Position numbers and translations under genes: made by a program. A model generated the notes under the pieces. That model worked only from the letters and a program-made list of their open reading frames with translations, had not been told where the DNA came from and did not search any database. 10,060 bases of DNA from a virus (Duplodnaviria > Heunggongvirae > Uroviricota > Caudoviricetes): positions 64,001 to 74,060 of IMG/VR virus record IMGVR_UViG_3300037471_001511. One strand, given 5' to 3'. Position 1 is the stretch's first letter; each line of letters starts with the position of its first letter. Shown here piece by piece: positions 1 through 6,767 of this stretch.

Positions 1-1
1 G

Positions 2-445
2 GCCCTGTTCAACCCGCTGGCGCTGGACGGCGGCTGGCGTTGGGACAACCTGATCGACGCCCTGCCGCGCATCGGGTTCGCGTTCACGGCGGGGATCCTG
101 CTGCGCCGACACCCGCTCCCCGTGCCGCCCGTCGCGGCGCTTCTGTTGCTTTTGGTCTTCGTGCCCGCACGCCTGCCGGGCTTCATCGTCCTGTTCATCC
201 CGCTGCTGGTCGCGGCGGGCGCCCGTGTCACCATCGCGCCCAGGATCTGCAATCAACTGGGCCGGCTATCGTACCCGGTCTACGTGCTGCACAGCCCGCT
301 GCTGTTCGGCATGCTGACCCACCGCTGGCCCCTGCCGGTCGCGCTCGCGCTCACCGCGCTCGCAGCGCACCTGGCCTCCGTTTACTACGACGAACCCATC
401 CGGGCCTTGCTCACCCGCCGTCGGGTCGCGCTACAACAGGCCTGA
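2..445 (+). CDS. Acyltransferase family 3 (OafA/YrhL-like) membrane protein, 3' part; runs off the left edge
   Basis: Frame is open from position 2: ALFNPLALDGGWRWDNLIDALPRIGFAFTAGILL...LGRLSYPVYVLHSP...ASVYYDEPIRALL. It has several hydrophobic segments, the LGxLSYxxYxxHxP motif and the terminal YDEPxR motif typical of Acyl_transf_3 C-termini. Confidence 0.85.
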   Translation, partial: ALFNPLALDGGWRWDNLIDALPRIGFAFTAGILLRRHPLPVPPVAALLLLLVFVPARLPGFIVLFIPLLVAAGARVTIAPRICNQLGRLSYPVYVLHSPLLFGMLTHRWPLPVALALTALAAHLASVYYDEPIRALLTRRRVALQQA

Positions 446-466
446 CACCAGTCGGGGACTCAACGC

Positions 467-649
467 ATGCCCACCGTCATCGCGCGCAGACGCGTGCGCT
501 TCACCATGGCCCCTCGCCATGAGTTCGACCGAGCCTGCAACGTGCCCGGCGAGCTGCTCACCATGGACGACGGGACCGAATGGTTCCACCCGCACGGGGG
601 CGAGGCTCCCGTGCTCATCACCGACCAGAACAGGAGCGGACTGTCATGA
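467..649 (+). CDS. Hypothetical protein, 60 aa
   Basis: ATG follows a GGGGA SD-like site. The stop overlaps the next start (ATGA 646-649). Confidence 0.6.
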   Translation: MPTVIARRRVRFTMAPRHEFDRACNVPGELLTMDDGTEWFHPHGGEAPVLITDQNRSGLS

Positions 650-927
650 CCCACAACGTTCACGTAATCCGTGCGCGTGCCGTCGACGAAGACTGGCTGG
701 TTGCTGCGTACACAGAGCGCCAGACTGCCGAGGACGTGCGCGATACTCTCCAGCGCGCCGTCAACGACTACGCCACCAGCACGCGCAAACCCATCGACAA
801 GGCCCACGCCCTCGCCACGCTGGTCGCGGCCGGCGACACCTATGTCGGGCAGGTGGAGATCGACGCCGACCTGTCGTCCATCGACTACACCTTGGTCACC
901 GTGCCGCTCTTTTCCCCGGCCGGGTAA
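646..927 (+). CDS. Hypothetical protein, 93 aa (MTHNVHVIR...PLFSPAG)
   Basis: AGGAG SD and ATGA coupling support a start at 646 rather than 580. The TAA stop lies inside palindrome copy 1. Confidence 0.75.
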   Translation: MTHNVHVIRARAVDEDWLVAAYTERQTAEDVRDTLQRAVNDYATSTRKPIDKAHALATLVAAGDTYVGQVEIDADLSSIDYTLVTVPLFSPAG

Positions 928-929
928 AA
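910..929. repeat. 20-bp palindrome copy 1, TTTTCCCCGGCCGGGTAAAA (one mismatch)
   Basis: Read directly. It overlaps the TAA at 925-927 and abuts the ATG at 930. Confidence 0.95.
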
Positions 930-1418
930 ATGCCGAACGTGTCCACGCCGCCGGTCGAGCGGCTCATCAAGCTGCTCGACTGGCCCGAGCTTGCCGACGT
1001 CCTCGGCCGCTGGCCCAGCAAGGAGCCCGTCCCCTGTCGCAAGGGGCCGAAGCTCATGTGGCACGACAACCGGACGCAACCCACCGTGCGGGTCATGCTC
1101 GAAAGCACGCTCGGTCCGCTGCACCGGTCCTGGCGCGTGAAGCGCACCTGCGAGCGCCCCGAGTGCATCCACCCGTGGCACTACAGCCTCGAGAACATGC
1201 AGCGGATCGACGGCACGCCCCGCGAGCCCCTGCCCCAGCGGTGCTTCCAGTTCACCGAACCGGCCTATCCCGAGGAAGACGACGTGGACACCGCCGTCGC
1301 CATGATCCTGCACGTGGAAGGCCACAACGACGATCCCCAAGCCTTGGCCGAGCGCTTCGATCTGCCGATCGACGCGATCCTGCAGGCCCTGCAACAGATC
1401 AAGGAGGAAGGACTATGA
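930..1418 (+). CDS. Hypothetical protein, 162 aa, with a degenerate HNH/His-Me-finger Zn loop and a possible C-terminal HTH
   Basis: MPNVSTPP...; GPLHRSWRVKRTCERPECIHPWHY resembles the GPIPxGxxVxHxCxNxxCVNPxHL motif of phage HNH proteins. The C-terminal PQALAERFDLPIDAILQAL is HTH-like. The ORF-track extension back to 519 overlaps two better genes. Confidence 0.7.
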   Translation: MPNVSTPPVERLIKLLDWPELADVLGRWPSKEPVPCRKGPKLMWHDNRTQPTVRVMLESTLGPLHRSWRVKRTCERPECIHPWHYSLENMQRIDGTPREPLPQRCFQFTEPAYPEEDDVDTAVAMILHVEGHNDDPQALAERFDLPIDAILQALQQIKEEGL

Positions 1419-1777
1419 AGGTTTTCAGCGTCCCCGACGCGGTCCCGTTCCCCGAACCGGACTACGCCAACTACGACGTGGAGCGAGAACTCGCCCGCCA
1501 GGCCGAGCACACGGCCGCGCTCAAGCAGCACCTGATCGAGGCGGGCTACACCGGCAAGCACACCGGCGAGATCGCCCGCTTCGGCGTCGCCGACGGCTAC
1601 GCCGCCTACATGCTGGCCGACGGGAAGGGGATCTACGGATCGTCGTTCCTGATCCACCTGCCCTACTTCGACGCCTATCACTACCGCCACATCGAGTTCC
1701 TGCCCAAGAAGGAGATCTTGGCGCAGATCGAACGCGGCAAGGCGAGGCCGACGAGCATCTTCTCGAGGAAGCCATGA
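1415..1777 (+). CDS. Hypothetical protein, 120 aa (MKVFSVPD...)
   Basis: Strong AAGGAGG SD and ATGA overlaps at both ends. Globular-looking sequence (GYTGKHTGEIARFGVADGYAAYM). Confidence 0.85.
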   Translation: MKVFSVPDAVPFPEPDYANYDVERELARQAEHTAALKQHLIEAGYTGKHTGEIARFGVADGYAAYMLADGKGIYGSSFLIHLPYFDAYHYRHIEFLPKKEILAQIERGKARPTSIFSRKP

Positions 1778-2259
1778 CCAACGACGAACTCGCCGATCAG
1801 ATCTGTCGGCAGCACGAGCGCCACTACTCGCGCCGGCCCAAGGAAGGTCTGATCCAGACCTGCATGATCTTCCACGGCGACGGCCAGGCCGAGCTGGTGC
1901 AGTGCCCGTGGCGGGACAAGACCGAGCGCATCCTCGTGCTCGAGTTCCTGCGCCAGCGCGTGAAGGAGGTCAGCGCCACCAAGTACGCGTTCTGGGCCGA
2001 AGCGTGGGTGTCCAAGGGCACGCTCGACAAGCCCCTGAACGAGCAGCTGCTCCCGAGCCAGGACCCGAACCGCGAAGAGATGGTGTTCACCATCGTGGTG
2101 GAGCCTGGCCAGCCTGTCGTCACGCGCGCGCAGCGCATCCGCCGGGACGCGATCACGGGCAAGGTGCTGGCCCTGATCAAGGAACAGCCCGAGGCTTTCC
2201 CGATCATGGAAGGTCCGCTGCTCGACCTGCTGGGCGACCGAAGCGGCACCCAGCACTGA
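1774..2259 (+). CDS. Hypothetical protein, 161 aa
   Basis: ATGA-coupled start with GAGGA SD. The stop is immediately followed by palindrome copy 2. Confidence 0.85.
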   Translation: MTNDELADQICRQHERHYSRRPKEGLIQTCMIFHGDGQAELVQCPWRDKTERILVLEFLRQRVKEVSATKYAFWAEAWVSKGTLDKPLNEQLLPSQDPNREEMVFTIVVEPGQPVVTRAQRIRRDAITGKVLALIKEQPEAFPIMEGPLLDLLGDRSGTQH

Positions 2260-2279
2260 TTTTCCCCGGCCGGGGAAAA
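2260..2279. repeat. 20-bp perfect palindrome copy 2
   Basis: TTTTCCCCGGCCGGGGAAAA begins at the base after TGA 2257-2259 and lies upstream of the AAGGAGG SD (2292-2298). Confidence 0.98.
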
Positions 2280-2303
2280 CCCAATCAAATCAAGGAGGTT
2301 CAC

Positions 2304-2846
2304 ATGGCGTGGTTCACCTTCAAGGGTGAAGACCGGCAGGCCGGCGCTATCGGCGCGTTCGAGCCGTTCGAAGAGGCCGTCGACGCCCGCAACCCTATCG
2401 AAGGCAAGGAGGCGCTGATCCGCCGCCGCAACGAAGCCGGGCGGCAGGACGTGCGGGTCACCGAGATCACCGGCGCCGAAGTCCACACGTGGACCTTCGA
2501 GCGAGCCTACGTGCTCGGTTCGTACAGCACCGTCGTGATCGAGGCGCCGACCTACGAGCTGGCCTGCGCCAAGGCGCTGGAGGTGGGCGACGACGACTGG
2601 GCCGACTTCGAGGACGACGGCGAGAGCAGCTCGTCGGTGTATCTCAGCGACGCCGTCGAGGGCGAGCACGACAACACCTACAGCGCCGGCCTCGTCCACC
2701 TGCCGATCCCGTACCCGCAGGCCAAGGACGCAGAGGTGCTGGACTGGCTCGGTCTCAAACCCCTGATCGACCAAGCCCTGACCGCCGGCCCCGACTTCGA
2801 CTTCCCCTCATGGCAGGCCAAACTGAAGGAGGCCCTCAATGCCTAG
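2304..2846 (+). CDS. Acidic hypothetical protein, 180 aa (MAWFTFKGED...)
   Basis: AAGGAGG SD 5 nt before ATG 2304. Hand count gives about 35 D+E against about 15 K+R. Confidence 0.85.
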   Translation: MAWFTFKGEDRQAGAIGAFEPFEEAVDARNPIEGKEALIRRRNEAGRQDVRVTEITGAEVHTWTFERAYVLGSYSTVVIEAPTYELACAKALEVGDDDWADFEDDGESSSSVYLSDAVEGEHDNTYSAGLVHLPIPYPQAKDAEVLDWLGLKPLIDQALTAGPDFDFPSWQAKLKEALNA

Positions 2847-3294
2847 CCGCATGGACCAGTTCTACGCCAACATCGACCGCCACATCGCCACGCTCGGACG
2901 CAGCATCCTGGGCGTGATGGGCGAAGGCGAGCACCTCGGGTTCAGCTACACGATCGGCAACCACAAGGCCGACCTGCCCGAGCTGCTGGTGATCGGGCTC
3001 GAGCCGCGCACGGCCGGCCAGCTGCTGAACTGGATGTCCGACGAGATGAAGAAGCGCGGCCAGAGCTTCGAAAACGGCGAGCTGGTGAACTGGGGCGGCG
3101 AAGGCAAGCTCGCCCTGAAGTTCGTGCGCGCCGGACGCAAGGCCCGCGACGAGTACACGATCCAGGCCACGCGCTACCTCGAGACCGAGGACTACGGCCT
3201 GATGCAGATCCTCGTGCCCGACACCGAGGGCCGCTACCCGGACGAACCCGGGTGTGCGCCGCCGTACGGGACCGTGCCGGTCCTGACCGAATAA
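2839..3294 (+). CDS. DUF4262 domain-containing protein
   Basis: Motifs FSYTIG...LPELLVIGL...AGQLLN and MQILVPDTEGRYPDEPG match the DUF4262 pattern. AAGGAGG SD and an 8-nt overlap with the upstream gene. Confidence 0.85.
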   Translation: MPSRMDQFYANIDRHIATLGRSILGVMGEGEHLGFSYTIGNHKADLPELLVIGLEPRTAGQLLNWMSDEMKKRGQSFENGELVNWGGEGKLALKFVRAGRKARDEYTIQATRYLETEDYGLMQILVPDTEGRYPDEPGCAPPYGTVPVLTE

Positions 3295-3296
3295 CC

Positions 3297-3320
3297 AAAC
3301 CCGCCAAAGGCGGGTTTTTT
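3297..3320 (+). terminator. Rho-independent terminator
   Basis: AAACCCGCC-AAA-GGCGGGTTT followed by TTT (six T in total), 2 nt after the stop at 3294. Confidence 0.85.
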
Positions 3321-3335
3321 AATGGAGCAGCCGCC

Positions 3336-3923
3336 GTGCCAAATCATTGCACGAACCGACTGAGAGTAATCAAGGGGGACGCCAAGTACATTCGCTCGCT
3401 CGTAGCGAACAGGGACGACATCGTCGACTTCAACGTGTTGGTCCCACGTCCGCCCTTCCTCGACTTCACCGAGTCCGGTTCGCAGGCCACGGTGGGCTGG
3501 GAGATCCTCGGCTTCTATGGCGTGCCGGGGGAGGTATTCCGCTTCGGCACGCCGCGCTCGCCCGACGAGGCGTTCGCCTTCGCGTGGGACCAGCTCGGCT
3601 CGAAGGCGAAGCCGGCCGAGCGCAAGAAGTACGTGAAGACGTGCGTCGGCAAGGCGCTGTCGGGCCTGTTCTGCTTCCTCATGACCGGCACGCCCAGCTG
3701 GTACGAGTGGTCTCAGCGCTACTGGGGCACCAAGTGGAACGCCTACAGCACCGCGCCCGGGGAGTGGACCTTCGTCACGGCCTGGTGCCCGCCTCTGGGC
3801 TGGTGCAAGGCGCTCAGCCACGCCCTGCCGGCCGACGCCGAGGTCCGCCTCGACTGGGACGAGGAAGGCGGCGGCTACGGGCGCATCACCATCACCGCCG
3901 ACAAGGTGGAGGAAGAGGAATGA
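3336..3923 (+). CDS. DUF1281 / YubB-like ferredoxin-fold protein, 195 aa
   Basis: GTG start after GGAG. Hallmark motifs MPNHCTNRL, DFNVLVPRP, WYEWSQRYWGTKWNA and FVTAWCPP. Confidence 0.88.
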   Translation: MPNHCTNRLRVIKGDAKYIRSLVANRDDIVDFNVLVPRPPFLDFTESGSQATVGWEILGFYGVPGEVFRFGTPRSPDEAFAFAWDQLGSKAKPAERKKYVKTCVGKALSGLFCFLMTGTPSWYEWSQRYWGTKWNAYSTAPGEWTFVTAWCPPLGWCKALSHALPADAEVRLDWDEEGGGYGRITITADKVEEEE

Positions 3924-4138
3924 TCGACTTCACCGTCGCAGGTCGGGGCGAATTCCCGATCGACATGCTGCGCTACGACCAGTGCTGGCCGGCGGACGGC
4001 AACGCCGCGTCCGACATCCTGCACAGCCTGCGCCCAGGCCCGCTCGAGCGCCGCGAGATCAAGCTGCGCAGCGCGGCCCGGCAGATCACGCCGGACCGCT
4101 GGTCCAGCTTCCTGTGGACTGTGATTAAGGAGAACTGA
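3920..4138 (+). CDS. Small hypothetical protein, 72 aa (MIDFTVAGRGEFPIDMLRYDQCWP...RWSSFLWTV)
   Basis: ATGA coupling and a purine-rich SD. The aromatic-rich compact sequence resembles small phage proteins (recollection, not searched). Confidence 0.8.
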   Translation: MIDFTVAGRGEFPIDMLRYDQCWPADGNAASDILHSLRPGPLERREIKLRSAARQITPDRWSSFLWTVIKEN

Positions 4139-4140
4139 AC

Positions 4141-4680
4141 ATGGGACTCGATTGGGTAGCTACGGCCAAGGCCGACGGCACCAACCCGCGCACCACGCTG
4201 GGCATGCGCCAGATCAGCCGCGACGACCCCGAGACCGTCGAGGAGTTCCGCAAGCTGTGGGAGTCGCACCGCGAAGGCGCGAGCGACAGCAACCCCCGCC
4301 ACAAGGAATACTGGACGCGGCCGTTCGAAACCGTGCTCGACGAGATTCTCGCCGAAGAGGGCGGCGCGCCGTTCATCGCCACCAAGGACACCAAGATCCC
4401 CGAGTTCTGCACCGGGGGCAGCTTCGCGGTCGACCAGTCGATCTCGTGGCGCGGCAAGCGCCTGAACTTCGTCGGCCTGCCCGCCGAGCTGGTGAACGCC
4501 GCCTATGAGGACATGACCCCCGACGAGATGCTGGTCTACGCCGACCGGCTCGAGGCGGCGAGCCTCGACAGCTCCGCGGCGGACATGACGCCCGAAGAGG
4601 CCGAAGAGACCGTCAAGGAAGCTGTGGCATGGCTGCGCTTTTGGGCGAACCACGGCCACGGCCTGTACGCGTGGAGCTGA
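4141..4680 (+). CDS. Hypothetical protein, 179 aa, MGLD-type N-terminus
   Basis: AAGGAG SD, start 2 nt after the upstream stop. Ends AVAWLRFWANHGHGLYAWS. Confidence 0.85.
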   Translation: MGLDWVATAKADGTNPRTTLGMRQISRDDPETVEEFRKLWESHREGASDSNPRHKEYWTRPFETVLDEILAEEGGAPFIATKDTKIPEFCTGGSFAVDQSISWRGKRLNFVGLPAELVNAAYEDMTPDEMLVYADRLEAASLDSSAADMTPEEAEETVKEAVAWLRFWANHGHGLYAWS

Positions 4681-4685
4681 CCCAA

Positions 4686-4705
4686 TTTTCCCCGGCCGGG
4701 GAAAA
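4686..4705. repeat. 20-bp perfect palindrome copy 3
   Basis: Five nt separate it from TGA 4678-4680. Its 3' AAAA runs straight into GGAGA, the SD of the gene at 4715. Confidence 0.98.
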
Positions 4706-4714
4706 GGAGAACCA

Positions 4715-5557
4715 ATGACAGAAGCAGTTCATGAAGAAAAAGCTGGCGGCTTCAAGCTGAAGCTGCTGCCCGACAGCGACGTCGAGTGCCCGGTCGACGA
4801 GCACGACAAGGCCGTCCGGTTCGTGGTGCTGCACGGCCGCTACTCGAACCCCTACCCCGCCCTCAAGACCGTTGAAGAGGTGCAGGAATTCGAGCGCGAG
4901 AACGCCCACGACGACGCCGAATGGGAGATCTTCAGCCTCTGGCTGTTCGACCACTCGACGCGCACGTACCAGCCGTCGAACGACGACCAGAACCCGTTCG
5001 GAACCGGGATGTACGCCCGGTTCGACTCGGGCCGGGTGGGCGTGATCGCGCTCAAGAAGTCCGAGTGGCCAGGCCCGCGCGAGCAGCGGTTCGTGGCCGC
5101 CAAGAACATCGCGCGTGAATACTCGTCCTGGGCCAACGGCGACTGCTACGGCTACGTGATCGAGAACGCGGCCACCGGCGAGGAGGTTGACTCCAGCTGG
5201 GGCTTCGTCGGCTACGAGTACGCGCTCGAGCAGGCCCGCGGCGCCCTCGCCGCCGCCGGCCCGGCCCACTTCGCAGGCGTCAGCGACGAGCACCGCAAGG
5301 TCCTGGACGCACTGATGGCGCCCGACATGTTCCTGCACGGCGTGAGCTACGACCCGACCGAGCAGCGCTACCACTACCGCGACAAGGTCGAGCTGTACCC
5401 GCCGCGCAGCAAGGTCAACGACGAGGCCGAGTGGCTGCTGACCGTCGGCGAAGCCACCGAAGTCGGCAAGTTCCCCGGCCTGCTGCCGGCGGTGCAGGCG
5501 TTCGGCGAGCAGATCGCCAAGTACAAGATCAGCACCGACCTCGACAGCCTGCGCTGA
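4715..5557 (+). CDS. Hypothetical protein, 280 aa
   Basis: AAGGAGA SD. Motifs LFDHS...FDSGRVGVI and WANGDCYGYVIE...DSSWGFVG recall a widespread uncharacterised mobile-element family. It is bracketed by palindrome copies 3 and 4. Confidence 0.85.
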   Translation: MTEAVHEEKAGGFKLKLLPDSDVECPVDEHDKAVRFVVLHGRYSNPYPALKTVEEVQEFERENAHDDAEWEIFSLWLFDHSTRTYQPSNDDQNPFGTGMYARFDSGRVGVIALKKSEWPGPREQRFVAAKNIAREYSSWANGDCYGYVIENAATGEEVDSSWGFVGYEYALEQARGALAAAGPAHFAGVSDEHRKVLDALMAPDMFLHGVSYDPTEQRYHYRDKVELYPPRSKVNDEAEWLLTVGEATEVGKFPGLLPAVQAFGEQIAKYKISTDLDSLR

Positions 5558-5558
5558 T

Positions 5559-5578
5559 TTTTCCCCGGCCGGGGAAAA
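5559..5578. repeat. 20-bp perfect palindrome copy 4
   Basis: One nt separates it from TGA 5555-5557. It is followed by CAAGGAG (SD) and ATG 5594. Confidence 0.98.
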
Positions 5579-5593
5579 CAAGGAGAGCCTGAA

Positions 5594-6070
5594 ATGGGCA
5601 TGGACGTCTTCGGCAAAGAGCCGACCGGCGAGGTCGGTGAATACTTCCGGGCCAGCGTATGGAGCTGGCATCCGCTCGCCACCTTCCTCTACGAGGAATT
5701 TCCCGAGCTGTGTGTCGGGTGCCGGAACTGGCACAGCAACGACGGTGACGGGCTGGACGCGGTCCAGTCCAAGGCGCTGGCCGCCGCGCTGACCGTTGCG
5801 CTCGAGAGCGGCCAGGTCGGCGACTACGTGAGCCGGCGCGACGCCGAGCTGGCCGCGATGCCGGATCTGGTCTGCACCTATTGCAACGGCACGGGCGTCC
5901 GCACCGACGAGGTCGGCAAAAAGCACGGCCTCGACAAGCCGGGCGGCTGCAACGCCTGCAGCGGCAAAGGCAAGGTCCGGCCGAGCGAGACGATGTACTC
6001 GCTCAGCGTCGAGCGGATCACCGCATTCCGCGACTTCCTGCAGGCCTGCGGCGGTTTCGAGATCCTCTGA
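5594..6070 (+). CDS. Hypothetical protein, 158 aa, with two DnaJ-type CxxCxGxG Zn-finger motifs
   Basis: CTYCNGTG and CNACSGKG. N-terminus MGMDVFG, AAGGAG SD. Confidence 0.85.
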   Translation: MGMDVFGKEPTGEVGEYFRASVWSWHPLATFLYEEFPELCVGCRNWHSNDGDGLDAVQSKALAAALTVALESGQVGDYVSRRDAELAAMPDLVCTYCNGTGVRTDEVGKKHGLDKPGGCNACSGKGKVRPSETMYSLSVERITAFRDFLQACGGFEIL

Positions 6071-6264
6071 TGGAACCCGGCGACCGCATCCGTCTCGTCA
6101 GCATGCCTGACGATCCCGATCCCCTTCCGCCGGGCAGCACCGGCACCGTGACCTTCGTCACCCCGCTCGCCGGCCTCGGCTGGACGCAGGTGGGCGTGGC
6201 CTGGGACAACGGCCGCACGCTGCTGCTCTCAATCCCCCCTGATCGAGTGGAGATTATCGAATGA
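6070..6264 (+). CDS. DUF4314 domain-containing protein, 64 aa
   Basis: TGATG coupling at 6068-6072. GDRIRLVSMPDDPDPLPPGSTGTV...VAWDNGRTLLL...D matches the DUF4314 pattern. Confidence 0.88.
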   Translation: MEPGDRIRLVSMPDDPDPLPPGSTGTVTFVTPLAGLGWTQVGVAWDNGRTLLLSIPPDRVEIIE

Positions 6265-6767
6265 TTATCCAGATCAGCGAAAAGCCGCTGCGCGATCTGA
6301 TCGGCGCCGCCGAGAGCTACGCCGAAGACTTGTCCACGGGCCTGGACGACGGCACGTACGACAGGACGGACGAGAACGCCCAGCGGTTACAGGACACCGA
6401 GAACGCCATCAGCTACGCCAAGGCGGCGCTGGCGGAATTCGGCACGATGGGCGCCTACCCCGGCGCCCACAAGATCTTCCCTGACTTCGTCCAGCTGCCG
6501 GTGCCGGAAGGTTTCTACGACCGCACCGACCGGGACGACACGATGCCCAACTACTACGACCCGCGCAGCTCGCTGTGGTTGTTCACAGACTTCGAGCGGG
6601 AAGAAGACCGGGAAGTGCCGGGCCGCAGCCGCTTCCAGCTCTACATGAAGGTTCCCGGCGGCGACGCCGACACCAGCAAAGAACTGTTCATGTCTGACTC
6701 GTGGGACGCAATGGTGGGCTTCATCACGGCGTGGCGGGTTTGGACCACGGGGCCGGGAGCGTCCTGA
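6261..6767 (+). CDS. Acidic hypothetical protein, 168 aa, possibly two domains
   Basis: ATGA coupling and GGAG SD. A helical-looking N-terminal half precedes FPDFVQLPVPEGF...RFQL. Confidence 0.8.
   Translation: MIIQISEKPLRDLIGAAESYAEDLSTGLDDGTYDRTDENAQRLQDTENAISYAKAALAEFGTMGAYPGAHKIFPDFVQLPVPEGFYDRTDRDDTMPNYYDPRSSLWLFTDFEREEDREVPGRSRFQLYMKVPGGDADTSKELFMSDSWDAMVGFITAWRVWTTGPGAS

Noticed and set aside
930-1418. Active homing endonuclease or mobile intron/intein
   Set aside because: The catalytic His position appears to be Arg, and there is no interrupted host gene or intron-like flanking sequence.
2264-2275. Overlapping CCGG, GGCC and CGGCCG methylation/restriction sites in the palindrome core
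   Set aside because: These are expected in any GC-rich palindrome and occur many times elsewhere in the window. There is no methyltransferase here to link them to.
519-4138. Long ORF-track versions 519-1418, 671-1777, 1902-2846 and 3347-4138 (also 5881-6264, 9238-9717)
   Set aside because: The N-terminal extensions are Arg/Pro/Ala-rich off-frame reads overlapping better genes. SD sites and stop-start coupling point to starts at 930, 1415, 2304, 3920, 6070 and 9490.
5471-5480. Partial palindrome TTCCCCGGCC inside the 4715 gene
   Set aside because: It is only a 10-bp match, encodes ordinary FPG codons, and is plausible by chance in GC-rich DNA.
2260-5578. Palindrome as a bidirectional intrinsic terminator
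   Set aside because: On both strands the stem is followed by an A-run rather than a U-run, and copies overlap coding sequence.
6357-6530. Peptide YDRTD occurs twice in the 6261 protein
   Set aside because: The surrounding sequence does not align and the codons differ. A single 5-residue repeat among 22 proteins is compatible with chance.
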